Made by a program: the position numbers and the translations under genes
Shown: positions 9,339-19,026 of the stretch, in pieces
Layout: each line of letters starts with the position of its first letter
How positions within the stretch are numbered: position 1 is the stretch's first letter
Origin: Acidimicrobiia bacterium
Lineage (GTDB): Bacteria > Actinomycetota > Acidimicrobiia > Spongiisociales > ZC4RG35
Reading direction: 5' to 3'
Assembly (NCBI GenBank): GCA_965216495.1
Contig: OZ244163.1
Coordinates: 1,323,361-1,387,360 of the forward strand
Length of the DNA stretch: 64,000 nt
The notes under the pieces: generated by a model
Databases searched by the model: none
What the model was told of the DNA's origin: nothing
The model's input: only the letters and a program-made list of their open reading frames with translations

Positions 9339-10751
9339 TCATCCACACCCGGCCGCGAGTTTGACGGCCCCCGAGTCGCCGACGTCTTCCTGACCGCTGA
9401 TGAGACCGCTAACGGCCGAGCGGATTCGCTCTGTGTCCGGAATCGGATGGCCGTCCGCGGTCCTGCCCAATGCCCATGTGGCATCCAACCCGAGGGTTCT
9501 GATCGAGTCGATATCCATACGCGGCAGCAACTGAATCATGTCAGGCAATAGGTCGTACGGCAGGTCGGTCTCAATCGTCTCCTCCAACACTGTCAGCAGG
9601 GCCCCATATCGAGCCAGAAGCCCCAGGAAGTCGGCCTCCCTGAGCATCGAGGTGAGAATGCACCGTTGCCTAGCCATTCGGGCGTAGTCGCTTGATCCGT
9701 AGCGTGCCCGGGCAAAGGCCAAGGCGTGTGCTCCGTCGAGTCTTTGTGAACCCGCCTGGATCGTCACCATCTCGTACTCCCCAGTCTCCGGGTCGTACAA
9801 GGGTCCGTCGACGGGTGCCACCACATCCAAGTCGACCCCTCCGAAGGCATCGACCAGTCGGGCGAAACCGGTGAGATCGACCAGTGCGTAATGATCGACT
9901 TCGAGTCCCAAGATCGATTCGACAGCGTTCATCGTTGCGCTCGCTCCGGGGTTGGGTCCGGTGAACCCTTCGGGATTCTTCAGTCCCCATCCGTACACGT
10001 GGTTGAGGCGCCGTCCGGGGAACGGAGTCCCATCGGTGAACTCGAACCCAGAGTAGTTGCGGGGGACTCCGATCATGGCGGTGTCCCCCGACACCGGGTT
10101 GAGCGACACCAAAATCATGGTGTCTGTCCTCAGCCCGCCACGACCGGGACCGGCATCGCCTCCGAGCAGGAGAATATTGATCCGTTCGGTGCCAAGCGGT
10201 TGCCACGGTGCGGACGGCTGGATTTGGGCGAGCTCTGCGTCGTCCTGGCCGGGAACAGTGACGATGGGGGAGAGTGCCACTCGCTCGGGCGGCGTAACGA
10301 TGGGAAGAGAAGGAAGGACAGCGGTGTCGTTAGGTGCCAGGTCGGTAGCCGGGGCAGCAATTGGGAAGATCGACGTTACGGCCGTGTACGTCTCCCATCC
10401 CACCCAACCAGCAACCAGGTGGGGGGCAGCGACGATCACCGCGGCCGCAAGCATGGCGAGGTGATATCGCCTGCCCTCGGCAGACATAAAGGCATGGGTT
10501 GCTGCACCAATCCGGAGCGTGAGGTAGGCCAGATTGAAGATCACGAGGGTCAGAAGGATCTCTGGCCGCGCCAAAGCTGCAAGAAGCGTCATGGGATCGA
10601 GGAACATTGCCAATGCCAGGGCTAACACGGCTGCCAGACCCGTGACCAAGACCAGAAGTCTTCCGGTTCGCGGGAACCCACACCGCATCTGACCCCACCC
10701 GGGGACAAGCAAGGAACGGATCCCGCTGCCCAGCGGTGTAGAAGACCTCAT
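9339..10751 (-). CDS. LCP (LytR-CpsA-Psr) family cell-envelope attachment protein
   Basis: 470 aa; N-terminal TM segments followed by the LCP core (..NILLLGGDAGPGRGGLRTDTMILVSLNP..). Confidence 0.8.
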   Translation of the reverse strand: MRSSTPLGSGIRSLLVPGWGQMRCGFPRTGRLLVLVTGLAAVLALALAMFLDPMTLLAALARPEILLTLVIFNLAYLTLRIGAATHAFMSAEGRRYHLAMLAAAVIVAAPHLVAGWVGWETYTAVTSIFPIAAPATDLAPNDTAVLPSLPIVTPPERVALSPIVTVPGQDDAELAQIQPSAPWQPLGTERINILLLGGDAGPGRGGLRTDTMILVSLNPVSGDTAMIGVPRNYSGFEFTDGTPFPGRRLNHVYGWGLKNPEGFTGPNPGASATMNAVESILGLEVDHYALVDLTGFARLVDAFGGVDLDVVAPVDGPLYDPETGEYEMVTIQAGSQRLDGAHALAFARARYGSSDYARMARQRCILTSMLREADFLGLLARYGALLTVLEETIETDLPYDLLPDMIQLLPRMDIDSIRTLGLDATWALGRTADGHPIPDTERIRSAVSGLISGQEDVGDSGAVKLAAGCG

Positions 10752-10798
10752 ACCCCTCCAACGAACGGAACCCCGATCCCGTTCCTGCTGGCTGGGTT

Positions 10799-12472
10799 CT
10801 AGATGGTGGCGCGGTCTTTGCTTGGCACGGCTACCCGAGCGATGCGCTTCGAGAAGTAGTAGATCCGCTTGAGGTGTGCGATGACATCCATTTCAAGGCG
10901 GTAGGCCTCGACGCGGTTCGGTTCGTCGGCCATCAGACGCTCCGCTTGGTGAGCGGCAGCCGCACGTTCCATCGAGTTGACTTCATTCTTCATTGCAGCG
11001 ACCCGGCGCGCCGCAGGCTGGTTCTTTTGGGTCAGGGCGAGCATCGCCAGTTCGAGTGCTTCCTGGACATTGGTGTGGAACTCACCCAAAACGTCTTTCG
11101 TCTCGTCACTGACATGCAAAGTCGACTCGATTCGGCTGAACCCCAATTGGACGAGATTGGTCTCGATGATGTCGCCGATCGCCTCCAGGTTGTTGGTCGC
11201 TTCCATCAGACCGATCAGCTCTTCCGTTGCATCCTCGCTGAGCCGGGTCTGTCCGATCTGACCGAGATAGGTAACGATATGAGCGTGCAGGGCGTCAACC
11301 TCGTCGTCCTGGGCCTCCACCGCTACCAGGTCGTCACGGGTGCCATCCAATAGGGCGGGCATGACTTCAGACAGCATGTTTCGCACCCGGTCGGCCATCC
11401 TGAGTAGCTCCAGTCGGGCCCGATCTAGGGCCAGGGATGGCGTCCTCAAGAGCTCGCTGTCGAGGTATTTGGCCTTTACCACCAACTCTTCGGCCTCGGG
11501 ACGGTCGGGGACGAGACGTTCGACAAGCCGGGCGAACTGATCGGTGAATCCGATGAAGACCAACGTGTTGATGATGTTGAACACCGTATGGGCGTTGGCG
11601 ATTTCTCTCGGGGTGCCGCCCCCAATTCCTGACACGAACGAGGCCAACTGGTCAACGAAGGCCACCCAGAGGAGCACGCCGCCGATGTTGAACAGGGTGT
11701 GCACGACGGCGGCTCTCAACGCTTCGCGCGGCTTCCCAATGGCGGCCATCAAAGCGGTGGCCGATGTGCCGACGTTGGCCCCAAGTATGAGTGCGATGCC
11801 GGCTTCTAGGGTTATCAATCCCTGGCTGGCCAACACGATTACGACACCGGTGGTGGCTGACGACGATTGGACCAGAGCGGTAAATAGCGCTGCCGCCACG
11901 ATGCCAATCAGCGGGTTCTCCATTGCGGCCATCGCGTCGATGAACGGCTGGTAACTACGCAGTGGCTCCATGGCGCCACCCATGACCGCCATTCCAAAGA
12001 AGATGAGCCCCAGACCCATTACCACCGCGCCTTGGGCCCGCCGGGTTTCTCGTTTGGAGAAGAACGTGATGCCGAACCCAATGGCCACCAGCAACAATGC
12101 GTACTTGGTGACCGAGAAGGCAATGATCTGGGCGGTCACCGTGGTTCCGATGTTGGCTCCCATGATCACGCCAATGGACTGCGACAACGTCATCAGTCCG
12201 GAGGTGATGAAACCGACCACCAAGACGGTCGTCACCGATGACGACTGGATCAGGGCGGTCACTCCGGCACCGGTCAGTAGACCCATGAACCGATTGGACG
12301 TGAGACGCCCGAGAATGGTCCTCATCCGGTCGCCAGCAACCACCTTCAGAGCGTCGGTCATACGATCCATGCCCAGCAAGAAGATGGCCAGCCCTCCGAA
12401 AAGGCCGATTAGGAGTAGGAAGACGTCAATGCTTCCGTCACCCGGTGGGGACTCGGTGACTGCAAAAATCAA
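10799..12472 (-). CDS. Na/Pi-cotransporter family protein with C-terminal PhoU-like domains (NptA-type)
   Basis: 557 aa; two Na_Pi_cotrans repeats with QSSSVTT / QSSSATT motifs, then a ~230-aa soluble C-terminus with PhoU-like helical repeats. Confidence 0.8.
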   Translation of the reverse strand: MIFAVTESPPGDGSIDVFLLLIGLFGGLAIFLLGMDRMTDALKVVAGDRMRTILGRLTSNRFMGLLTGAGVTALIQSSSVTTVLVVGFITSGLMTLSQSIGVIMGANIGTTVTAQIIAFSVTKYALLLVAIGFGITFFSKRETRRAQGAVVMGLGLIFFGMAVMGGAMEPLRSYQPFIDAMAAMENPLIGIVAAALFTALVQSSSATTGVVIVLASQGLITLEAGIALILGANVGTSATALMAAIGKPREALRAAVVHTLFNIGGVLLWVAFVDQLASFVSGIGGGTPREIANAHTVFNIINTLVFIGFTDQFARLVERLVPDRPEAEELVVKAKYLDSELLRTPSLALDRARLELLRMADRVRNMLSEVMPALLDGTRDDLVAVEAQDDEVDALHAHIVTYLGQIGQTRLSEDATEELIGLMEATNNLEAIGDIIETNLVQLGFSRIESTLHVSDETKDVLGEFHTNVQEALELAMLALTQKNQPAARRVAAMKNEVNSMERAAAAHQAERLMADEPNRVEAYRLEMDVIAHLKRIYYFSKRIARVAVPSKDRATI

Positions 12473-12480
12473 GTTGTGCC

Positions 12481-13152
12481 CTAGGAGCGGTCCTCTTTAG
12501 CTTCGTCGTAGTAGTCGAGACGATCGATCGGCATCACCATAGACGTCATGAGGTTCATGACGTGGGCAGTGATCCGCTTTAGGTATCGGTAGTAGAGAGC
12601 ACGTGCCACCGCTTCTGATGGAGCCGCGGTGGAATTGAACTGTTCCTTGATGTTGTCGTCGTATTCGTCGAGGAAACCGTCGGCCTTCTGGACGAGGGCT
12701 TGAGCTCGGTCCGAGTCTCTCGACTCGAAGACCACGACCGCCTCGTCGATCAGTCGGGCAACGTTGTCGCAGTACCTCTTGAGAGTTTCCCGATCGGCCG
12801 AGTCGTTGAAATCGATGCCGTACTTGGCGAGGTCGTAAACGTTCTTGGCGTAGTCGCCAATCCGCTCAACGTCTTTGACGACGCTCATGTAGGCCAGCAT
12901 GAGGGGGAGTTCGACTCCACCGGTGACAGCCGCGTGCAAGAGGAGGGCCCTTCGAACCTCCTGCTGGCCCTGATTGATGTCTCGGTCGGTCGATCGGACC
13001 TCTTGTTTGGTCTCCTTTGACTTGCCTCCGCCGAACACTGCTTGGGTGGCAGCGTCGTAGACCGTGGCTCCGTCGCGAAGCATCTGGACAATGGTGGCTT
13101 CGACGTCTTCGACGGCCGAAGCGCTGGTCCCTCTGAAAAAGTCGAGCACCAT
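12481..13152 (-). CDS. DUF47 / PhoU-like phosphate-transport regulator family protein
   Basis: 223 aa; helical protein with the DUF47 pattern (..ERIGDYAKNVYDL..); sits between the two transporter genes. Confidence 0.7.
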   Translation of the reverse strand: MVLDFFRGTSASAVEDVEATIVQMLRDGATVYDAATQAVFGGGKSKETKQEVRSTDRDINQGQQEVRRALLLHAAVTGGVELPLMLAYMSVVKDVERIGDYAKNVYDLAKYGIDFNDSADRETLKRYCDNVARLIDEAVVVFESRDSDRAQALVQKADGFLDEYDDNIKEQFNSTAAPSEAVARALYYRYLKRITAHVMNLMTSMVMPIDRLDYYDEAKEDRS

Positions 13153-13165
13153 CTGGTCTCCCTTC

Positions 13166-14359
13166 CTACAGAATCACGATACCCAAAATGGGTATCAGGA
13201 TGAACATGACTGTCGTATAGGCAAGTGCATACGACTTTCGTTGTATGGCCAATCCGGCCAGCTTCTCGGCCAGGGTGACCGGGATGTAGCGGATCTTTGG
13301 CCACGGGTAGATGAGCAGAATCCCTGCGATATTGAACAGGGTGTGGGTCACCGCGATCGTCAGACCGTCTAAAGCGCCGGCGCCCAACGCAGCGAGAAGG
13401 GCAGTGATCGTCGTGCCGATGTTGGCTCCGAGGGTGATCGGATAGGCGTTTCGGACCAACAGGATGCCTGAGGCGACCAGTGGAATCAGGATCGACGTTG
13501 TGATGCTCGAGGACTGCACGGCAATCGTGACCAGCATTCCGACAATGATTCCGATGGTTCCCGACTTGGCCAGAGCGGCGTTGAGCGATCTTTCGATTCG
13601 AGCGGCGACGAGCATCCGCATGTTCTTCGTGATGTAGGTCAGCGTGAAGAAGATGAGGGCGATTCCGAACACGATGAACATGACAGCCAGAGCGGTTTCG
13701 TTGCTGGTGATGGCCTCAAACCAACCCTCGATCACCCCAGCTAGCCATTTGACTGCCCCTTTGATCGGGCTGTCGAAGCTTCCTCCAACTGAACCACCGG
13801 AGATGGTGGTGGCAATCGATTCGGCTGTCCGCGAAAGGATCTTTGTGAAGTGTTCAATCGGTAGGAGAATCGCGACAGCGATGACGTTGAAGAAGTCATG
13901 CATTGTCGCTGCGGTGAAGGCCCGACGGAACTCCTCAGACTGTCTCATGTGAGTCAGTGAGACGATGGTGTTGGTCACCGTCGTCCCGATGTTGGCGCCC
14001 ATGATCATCGGTACAGCCGTTGGGATGTCGATGACGCCAGCGGCCACCAAGCCAACGATCGTCGCTGTGGTTACGGACGAAGACTGGACTAGGACCGTGG
14101 CGAGAATGCCAGCAAACAACGCAGCAATCGGGTTGCTTACGTTGTTGAAGACCGAGTCAGTGAAATCACTCCCCAGCCCTTTGATGCCTCCCTCGAGGAG
14201 TTTGACCCCCACGAGAAACAGGTAAAGAAGGGCCACAACAAGCGCAGCCCTGATAGGGGCTGGGAGCGAAGCAGCTCTCGTGCGAACGTCTACATCCGGT
14301 GGGGGCGGAGAATCCAATTCAACCTCTCGTGGGGGAAGAGTGCGCGCAGCATACGGCAT
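13166..14359 (-). CDS. Na/Pi-cotransporter family protein (no PhoU domain)
   Basis: 397 aa; two Na_Pi_cotrans repeats (QSSSVTTATIVGL / QSSSITTSILIPL), polytopic membrane protein. Confidence 0.75.
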   Translation of the reverse strand: MPYAARTLPPREVELDSPPPPDVDVRTRAASLPAPIRAALVVALLYLFLVGVKLLEGGIKGLGSDFTDSVFNNVSNPIAALFAGILATVLVQSSSVTTATIVGLVAAGVIDIPTAVPMIMGANIGTTVTNTIVSLTHMRQSEEFRRAFTAATMHDFFNVIAVAILLPIEHFTKILSRTAESIATTISGGSVGGSFDSPIKGAVKWLAGVIEGWFEAITSNETALAVMFIVFGIALIFFTLTYITKNMRMLVAARIERSLNAALAKSGTIGIIVGMLVTIAVQSSSITTSILIPLVASGILLVRNAYPITLGANIGTTITALLAALGAGALDGLTIAVTHTLFNIAGILLIYPWPKIRYIPVTLAEKLAGLAIQRKSYALAYTTVMFILIPILGIVIL

Positions 14360-14442
14360 GACCCCAGTGCGTGCGCAAGGGGCGAAAGTCCCTTTGCTTC
14401 TGCGTCAGACGAAACGCCTTGGGCAGGCCTGGCGGGCGAGGC

Positions 14443-15219
14443 CTACTTGCCTTCGGGACGTTGCTTGTGCACCCTGCCTTCCTGGCCCCGCAATGACATT
14501 CCTGTCCCGGCGCCATAGCGGACCAGGGTCATCTCGCCGAGGATCGAGATAGCCACTTCTTGTGGGGTCTCGGCGCCGATATCGAGACCGATGGGCGAGT
14601 GGATTCGTTCGATGGAGTTGTCATCGATCCCGAGCCCGCGGAGACGCTCCACTCTTTTGGCGTGAGTCCGTCGGCTACCCATGGCGCCGATGTAGCGAGC
14701 ATCGGACTTGAGGGCGGCTTCGAGAGGCGGGGTCTCATGTCGAGGGTCGTGGGAGAGGACGACCACCCAGCTTCGTCGGTCGAAAGTGAGTTGGTCCATC
14801 AGATCATTGGGCCAGCCAACGAGAACTCGGAGTGCGTCGGGAAATCTCTCGGGAGTGGCAAAGGCTGGTCGAGAGTCGACGACCGTAACTCGATAACCCA
14901 TCTGAGCTCCGAAGGAACTGAGAGCTTGCCCGATATGAACCGCACCAAAGATGATCAGGTCGGGAGCAGGAGCCAGAACCTCGATGAAGATCGAGTGATC
15001 TCCGTAGTCCAGCAGCCGGTGCTGCTCGTTCGTCATCAACTGCAGAGCATCTGAGACGACGTCGTCGGCGATGTGTTCGGGAAGCGATCCAGCTAGGGCC
15101 TGGCCACGGGAGTCGATAACCAGTTTGGAGCCGAGTGCAGGACCTCGAACCACGGTGCCGACGGCACCGAACTGCTCGTCTTCGAGAAGCTCCCTGATAG
15201 CGGAGTCAACTGTCACCAA
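14443..15219 (-). CDS. XdhC-family maturation factor, linker plus Rossmann-like C-domain (XdhC_C)
   Basis: 258 aa; [32 protein letters not shown] is the XdhC_C NAD-like fold; TTG/GTG start overlaps the preceding XdhC N-domain ORF by 7 nt in another frame. Confidence 0.7.
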   Translation of the reverse strand: MVTVDSAIRELLEDEQFGAVGTVVRGPALGSKLVIDSRGQALAGSLPEHIADDVVSDALQLMTNEQHRLLDYGDHSIFIEVLAPAPDLIIFGAVHIGQALSSFGAQMGYRVTVVDSRPAFATPERFPDALRVLVGWPNDLMDQLTFDRRSWVVVLSHDPRHETPPLEAALKSDARYIGAMGSRRTHAKRVERLRGLGIDDNSIERIHSPIGLDIGAETPQEVAISILGEMTLVRYGAGTGMSLRGQEGRVHKQRPEGK

Positions 15220-15566
15220 GGTTCGATGAACACGTCGATGGTCCCGCCGCAGGCCATTCCGACCTCGAAGGCTTCTTCGTCGGCGATGCCATAGGTCACC
15301 AGCTTGGGTTGACCGCTCGAGATCACTTCCTGGGCATGAAGGAAGACATCGTTCTCAACGCACCCGCCGCTTACTGAGCCCTCCATGTCACCGTCCGAAG
15401 AGACCAGGAACTTCGATCCCTCAGGGCGCGGGGCGCTGCCGTGGACTTTGACCACGGTGGCGACTGCTACGGCCTTGCCTTCGGCCGTCCAACTGTCACG
15501 AAGGGCGAGTTGGTTTCTCACTTCGCTAACGGTAGTGGCTCTGCCCGCGTCGGCTGAGGGTGTCAA
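15213..15566 (-). CDS. XdhC/CoxI N-terminal domain protein
   Basis: 117 aa; ..[51 protein letters not shown] matches the XdhC_CoxI domain. Confidence 0.65.
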   Translation of the reverse strand: MTPSADAGRATTVSEVRNQLALRDSWTAEGKAVAVATVVKVHGSAPRPEGSKFLVSSDGDMEGSVSGGCVENDVFLHAQEVISSGQPKLVTYGIADEEAFEVGMACGGTIDVFIEPW

Positions 15567-16653
15567 GCAAACGAACCACTCCGCGGAGGTCGGTCACACT
15601 GGCAGCTGGCAAGAGGTGGTCGATGTGCGGCAATGCGGCCTTCATTCCCCGCGTCGCCGGCTGGTAATCCGGCCGTGCAGCAAGAGGGTTGAGCCAAATC
15701 ACCGAATGAACGGTACGCCTCAGCCGCGCCATTTCGCGCGACAGGATCTCGGGGTCGCCGCAGTCCCATCCGTCCGAGAGGATGAGAGCTACCGGGCCAC
15801 CTCGTGTCAATCGCCGACTCCAAAGCCGGTTCCATTCAGCAAGGGCCTCACCGATCTTGGTTCCGCCAGACCAGTCGGTGACTGACGTCCCGACTCGGGC
15901 GAGGGCCGCCTTGACGTCCCGTCGCTCTAGGTCGGGCGTGATGCGGGTCAATGCAACAGAAAACGTGAATGCCTCCACGTGGTGGAGTCGTCGTTGCGCC
16001 GCGTGGGCGAACACCAAGAAGACTTCCGCGTATCTCTCCATCGAGCCGGAAACGTCCGCGATCACTATGAGCGGTCGCTGTCGTCTTCGACGCTGCTCGT
16101 ACTCAATCGGAATCAGGTCACCGTCTTGCCTGGAGGTCCTTCGAAGGGTCGCTCTCATGTCAGGGCGCGAACCGCTGGTTGCCCTGTCCCACCGACGCGT
16201 CACTACGTCGGACGGTTGCCAAATCATGGTTTGAACCAACCGTCGCGCTATTGCCAATTGCTCGTCGTCAAGGTCGCTGAAATCGCGCCTGGCGACGTTT
16301 TCGATGGCCGAAGCCCCCTCCTGCTTCGATACATCGAGGTGGCCCGGTTGGTCCGGCTGCTCAATGAGCGGAGTCAATGCCGTGACGGCGGCGAGTCTCT
16401 CTGGCTGATCGTTCGGTTCGGCCGGGGAGTGGCTGCTTCCGAAGAAGCTAGCGAACGCTTCATCGAAGATCGAGCGCTGGTCCGGGTCGGCAATTGCCAG
16501 AGATCGTAGGGCGGCGTGTACCTGACCTTGGTCTGCGGCGTCGACCAGAGAAAACGCAACAGCCATATCCCTGACCTGGTCAGATGTGATCCCGATACCT
16601 CGGGTTCGCAAATCGTCGGCGAACACCGCCAGCGAGTCGACTCCGTCCCTCAT
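15526..16653 (-). CDS. VWA-domain protein, CoxE-like
   Basis: von Willebrand A core with MIDAS (IADVSGSM) in the C-terminal half. Start reassigned to ATG 16651-16653 ([11 protein letters not shown]..), forming an ATGA overlap with the MoxR stop; the upstream 100-aa Arg-rich extension lies inside the MoxR gene. Confidence 0.7.
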   Translation of the reverse strand: MRDGVDSLAVFADDLRTRGIGITSDQVRDMAVAFSLVDAADQGQVHAALRSLAIADPDQRSIFDEAFASFFGSSHSPAEPNDQPERLAAVTALTPLIEQPDQPGHLDVSKQEGASAIENVARRDFSDLDDEQLAIARRLVQTMIWQPSDVVTRRWDRATSGSRPDMRATLRRTSRQDGDLIPIEYEQRRRRQRPLIVIADVSGSMERYAEVFLVFAHAAQRRLHHVEAFTFSVALTRITPDLERRDVKAALARVGTSVTDWSGGTKIGEALAEWNRLWSRRLTRGGPVALILSDGWDCGDPEILSREMARLRRTVHSVIWLNPLAARPDYQPATRGMKAALPHIDHLLPAASVTDLRGVVRLLDTLSRRGQSHYR

Positions 16654-17528
16654 CCGACCAGTGTTTCGACCCCGGCGGCTCTCACTGTGTCTAGGTCGTC
16701 CTTGTATTTGAGAATGACGCCAAGAGTCTGCTCGACCAGACTGGGGGTGAGCTGACCTCCGTCCAGGAGACGCAGCGACTCGGCCCAGTCGAGCGTTTCG
16801 GCAACGCCCGGGGGTTTGAACAGATCCATTGTTCTCAGCTTGGTCATGGCACTGGCCAAGCTCTGGGAGAGCTCCTCGCTGATCTCGGGGGATTTCCGGC
16901 GAACAATGGCTGCCTCGAGTTCTGGCGTGGGGTAATCGATCCAGTGATAGACGCAACGGCGTTTCAGCGCGTCGTGGACCTCCCGGGTTCGGTTGGAGGT
17001 CAGGACCACGATTGGGGGTTGTTTGGCTTTGATGGTCCCAATCTCAGGGATCGTCACTTGAAAATCGGACAAGAGCTCAAGGAGAAATGCCTCGAATTCC
17101 TCGTCAGCGCGGTCGAGTTCGTCAATGAGCAAGACGGGCCGACGTTTTTCTGTAGCGGCTTCGATAGCTTGCAGCAGTGGTCTGGCCAAGAGGAAGTCCC
17201 GGCTCATGATGTCCCGTGCAGTCGCTCGAGCTCCTTCGCCACGAGCTTCGAGTAGCCGAATCTCCATCATCTGTTTGGCGTAGTCCCATTCGTAGAGAGC
17301 ATGGCTCACGTCCAGGCCCTCATAACACTGAAGACGGATCAGATCCTCCGACGCGATCGATGACAGCACCTTCGCCACCTCGGTCTTGCCAACGCCTGCC
17401 TCACCTTCGAGGAATAGAGGACGCCCCAACTGGAGCGCAAGATGAATTGCCACCGTCAAGTCGTCGGCGGAGAAGTAATTCTGACCGTCGAGGGCATCTT
17501 TGAGGTCTTGGACTGTGGAGGGGATCAC
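16650..17528 (-). CDS. MoxR-family AAA+ ATPase (CoxD-like)
   Basis: 292 aa; Walker A GEAGVGKT, Walker B LLIDELDRA, MoxR-type architecture. Confidence 0.85.
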   Translation of the reverse strand: MIPSTVQDLKDALDGQNYFSADDLTVAIHLALQLGRPLFLEGEAGVGKTEVAKVLSSIASEDLIRLQCYEGLDVSHALYEWDYAKQMMEIRLLEARGEGARATARDIMSRDFLLARPLLQAIEAATEKRRPVLLIDELDRADEEFEAFLLELLSDFQVTIPEIGTIKAKQPPIVVLTSNRTREVHDALKRRCVYHWIDYPTPELEAAIVRRKSPEISEELSQSLASAMTKLRTMDLFKPPGVAETLDWAESLRLLDGGQLTPSLVEQTLGVILKYKDDLDTVRAAGVETLVG

Positions 17529-17537
17529 GATCTCACG

Positions 17538-18095
17538 TTATTCGCTGCGGTCGAGTTGTCGCTCGGAGGCCATTCGGGCCTCCCATATTTGACCCCTGTG
17601 TTCTGACTCGTGGCGTGCGAGGTGCATGAGGATCCATTCGGGAGTGGCGGTGCCGTCATCTGAGGGCCTTGGTCTGCGGAATTCGTCGACGTCCATGCGG
17701 CCGAACACGGTCAACAGGTCTTGGCGGATACTGTCGAGTCTGGCGATGTGGGTCGCCACTGTTTCGCCTTCCACAGGGGTATAGATGTGGCCCGGAAGCA
17801 CCATCGGGTAGGGGAGCAGGTCTGCAATTTCGGGAGGGCATCCCGGAATCCGCCGTTCCATGTCGTAGTCCGTGCCGAGAATGTCGGTGTAGACCCACTC
17901 GACCTCGAAGACGGCTATGTGATAGAGCAGCGTCGCCACACTGTGGCGATGGCCGGTGGGTGTCAGATCAAGGGCGTCTTGGGTGATGCCCTCGATCCAC
18001 CTGAGCGTCCATTCCCGCGCTTTGACGAGATGCCACAGAGCCAGGCCGATCGGCTCTGGAAATCCAGGAACGGGCGCAGCGCGTTCGTCAGTCAT
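17538..18095 (-). CDS. DinB/DUF664-family (DinB_2) metal-dependent protein
   Basis: 185 aa; His-containing motifs (..LLYHIAVFE.., ..HLARHESEHRGQI..) typical of the DinB_2 four-helix family. Confidence 0.55.
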   Translation of the reverse strand: MTDERAAPVPGFPEPIGLALWHLVKAREWTLRWIEGITQDALDLTPTGHRHSVATLLYHIAVFEVEWVYTDILGTDYDMERRIPGCPPEIADLLPYPMVLPGHIYTPVEGETVATHIARLDSIRQDLLTVFGRMDVDEFRRPRPSDDGTATPEWILMHLARHESEHRGQIWEARMASERQLDRSE

Positions 18096-18477
18096 CAGGA
18101 TTCACCAGGTCGGTTCCATCTGGTTCCCACAGCTCGATTGGGTTTCCCTCTGGGTCCTTGAGGTGGGCAAACCTTCCGTTGGGAGCTCGCTCCTCGAATA
18201 CTTTCACTTCTATACCGGCACCCCGGAGTTGGCCCACCATGGCGTCGAGGTCGGCTACTCGGAAGTTGATCATCCATTGTTGCTGGCGCTCACCAAAGTA
18301 TTCAGTGTCCTGTTTGAACGGAGCAAACACAGTTGGGCCTTCCCGTTGCCACCACGAGCCCTCTTCGTAGGTCTCGCCCGTCTTCCGTACACCAAGGTGG
18401 TCTTCATACCACTGCGCTAGGGGGCCGGGGTCAATCGCACGGAAGAAGACGCCTCCGATACCTGTGACTTTCTCCAC
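18088..18477 (-). CDS. VOC (glyoxalase/bleomycin-resistance/dioxygenase) family protein
   Basis: 129 aa; paired beta-alpha-beta-beta-beta modules (GIGGVFFRAIDP.., ..FAHLKDPEGNPIEL). Confidence 0.7.
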   Translation of the reverse strand: MEKVTGIGGVFFRAIDPGPLAQWYEDHLGVRKTGETYEEGSWWQREGPTVFAPFKQDTEYFGERQQQWMINFRVADLDAMVGQLRGAGIEVKVFEERAPNGRFAHLKDPEGNPIELWEPDGTDLVNPDD

Positions 18478-18519
18478 CGTCTAACTGTACGTCAACGACC
18501 ATCGGATAGGCTCGGTGAC

Positions 18520-19023
18520 ATGGTCTCCAATGAACTCGCCAACGCTGTCACCTGGAAGATTCCCAACGCTCTGGCTCTAGTGGGCTCCCGCTCGGGTGGC
18601 GAGTGGAATGCCATGACAACGTCTTGGATCACTCAACTGTCGATGGAGCCCGTACTGATCGGGATAGGTGTCGACAACTCCTCGGTCACGCACCGCCTCA
18701 TCAGTGAGGGAGGCAGCTTCAGTGTGAATCTGTGGTCATCTGAGGACACCCGCACGTTCGTGAAATTCTCAAAGCCGGCCATCAAAACCGATATGGCTCT
18801 GAATGGCAGACCGATCAGCGAGGGGATCACGGGTGTTCCCGTATTCGACGAAGCAATAGCTTGGATGGAGTGCGAAGTGCGGCACGCCATCGACTTTGGC
18901 ACTCACACCTTGTTTGCGGGAGAACTGGTTGCTGCGGAGGTCCGCGACGACGAGGCGCGTGCAGCCCAGATGAGTGACACGCGCATGAAGTACGGCGGGA
19001 TCAAACGTGGTGGTCACGGATGA
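18520..19023 (+). CDS. flavin reductase family protein (NADH:FMN oxidoreductase-like)
   Basis: 167 aa; ..WKIPNALALVGSRSGGEWNAMTTSW.. split-barrel flavin-reductase signature. Confidence 0.8.
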   Translation: MVSNELANAVTWKIPNALALVGSRSGGEWNAMTTSWITQLSMEPVLIGIGVDNSSVTHRLISEGGSFSVNLWSSEDTRTFVKFSKPAIKTDMALNGRPISEGITGVPVFDEAIAWMECEVRHAIDFGTHTLFAGELVAAEVRDDEARAAQMSDTRMKYGGIKRGGHG

Positions 19024-19026
19024 CGC

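Noticed and set aside
14360-14442. Possible riboswitch or structured leader upstream of the Na/Pi transporter operon
   Set aside because: There is only a weak imperfect hairpin (gcaaaggg..ccccttgc). I recognise no riboswitch consensus, and the gap is too short (83 nt) for most classes.
15526-16956. Track ORF gives CoxE-like VWA protein a 100-aa Arg/Pro-rich N-terminal extension (start 16956)
   Set aside because: The extension lies inside the MoxR gene. An internal ATG at 16651-16653 forms an ATGA overlap with the MoxR stop and precedes the conserved region.
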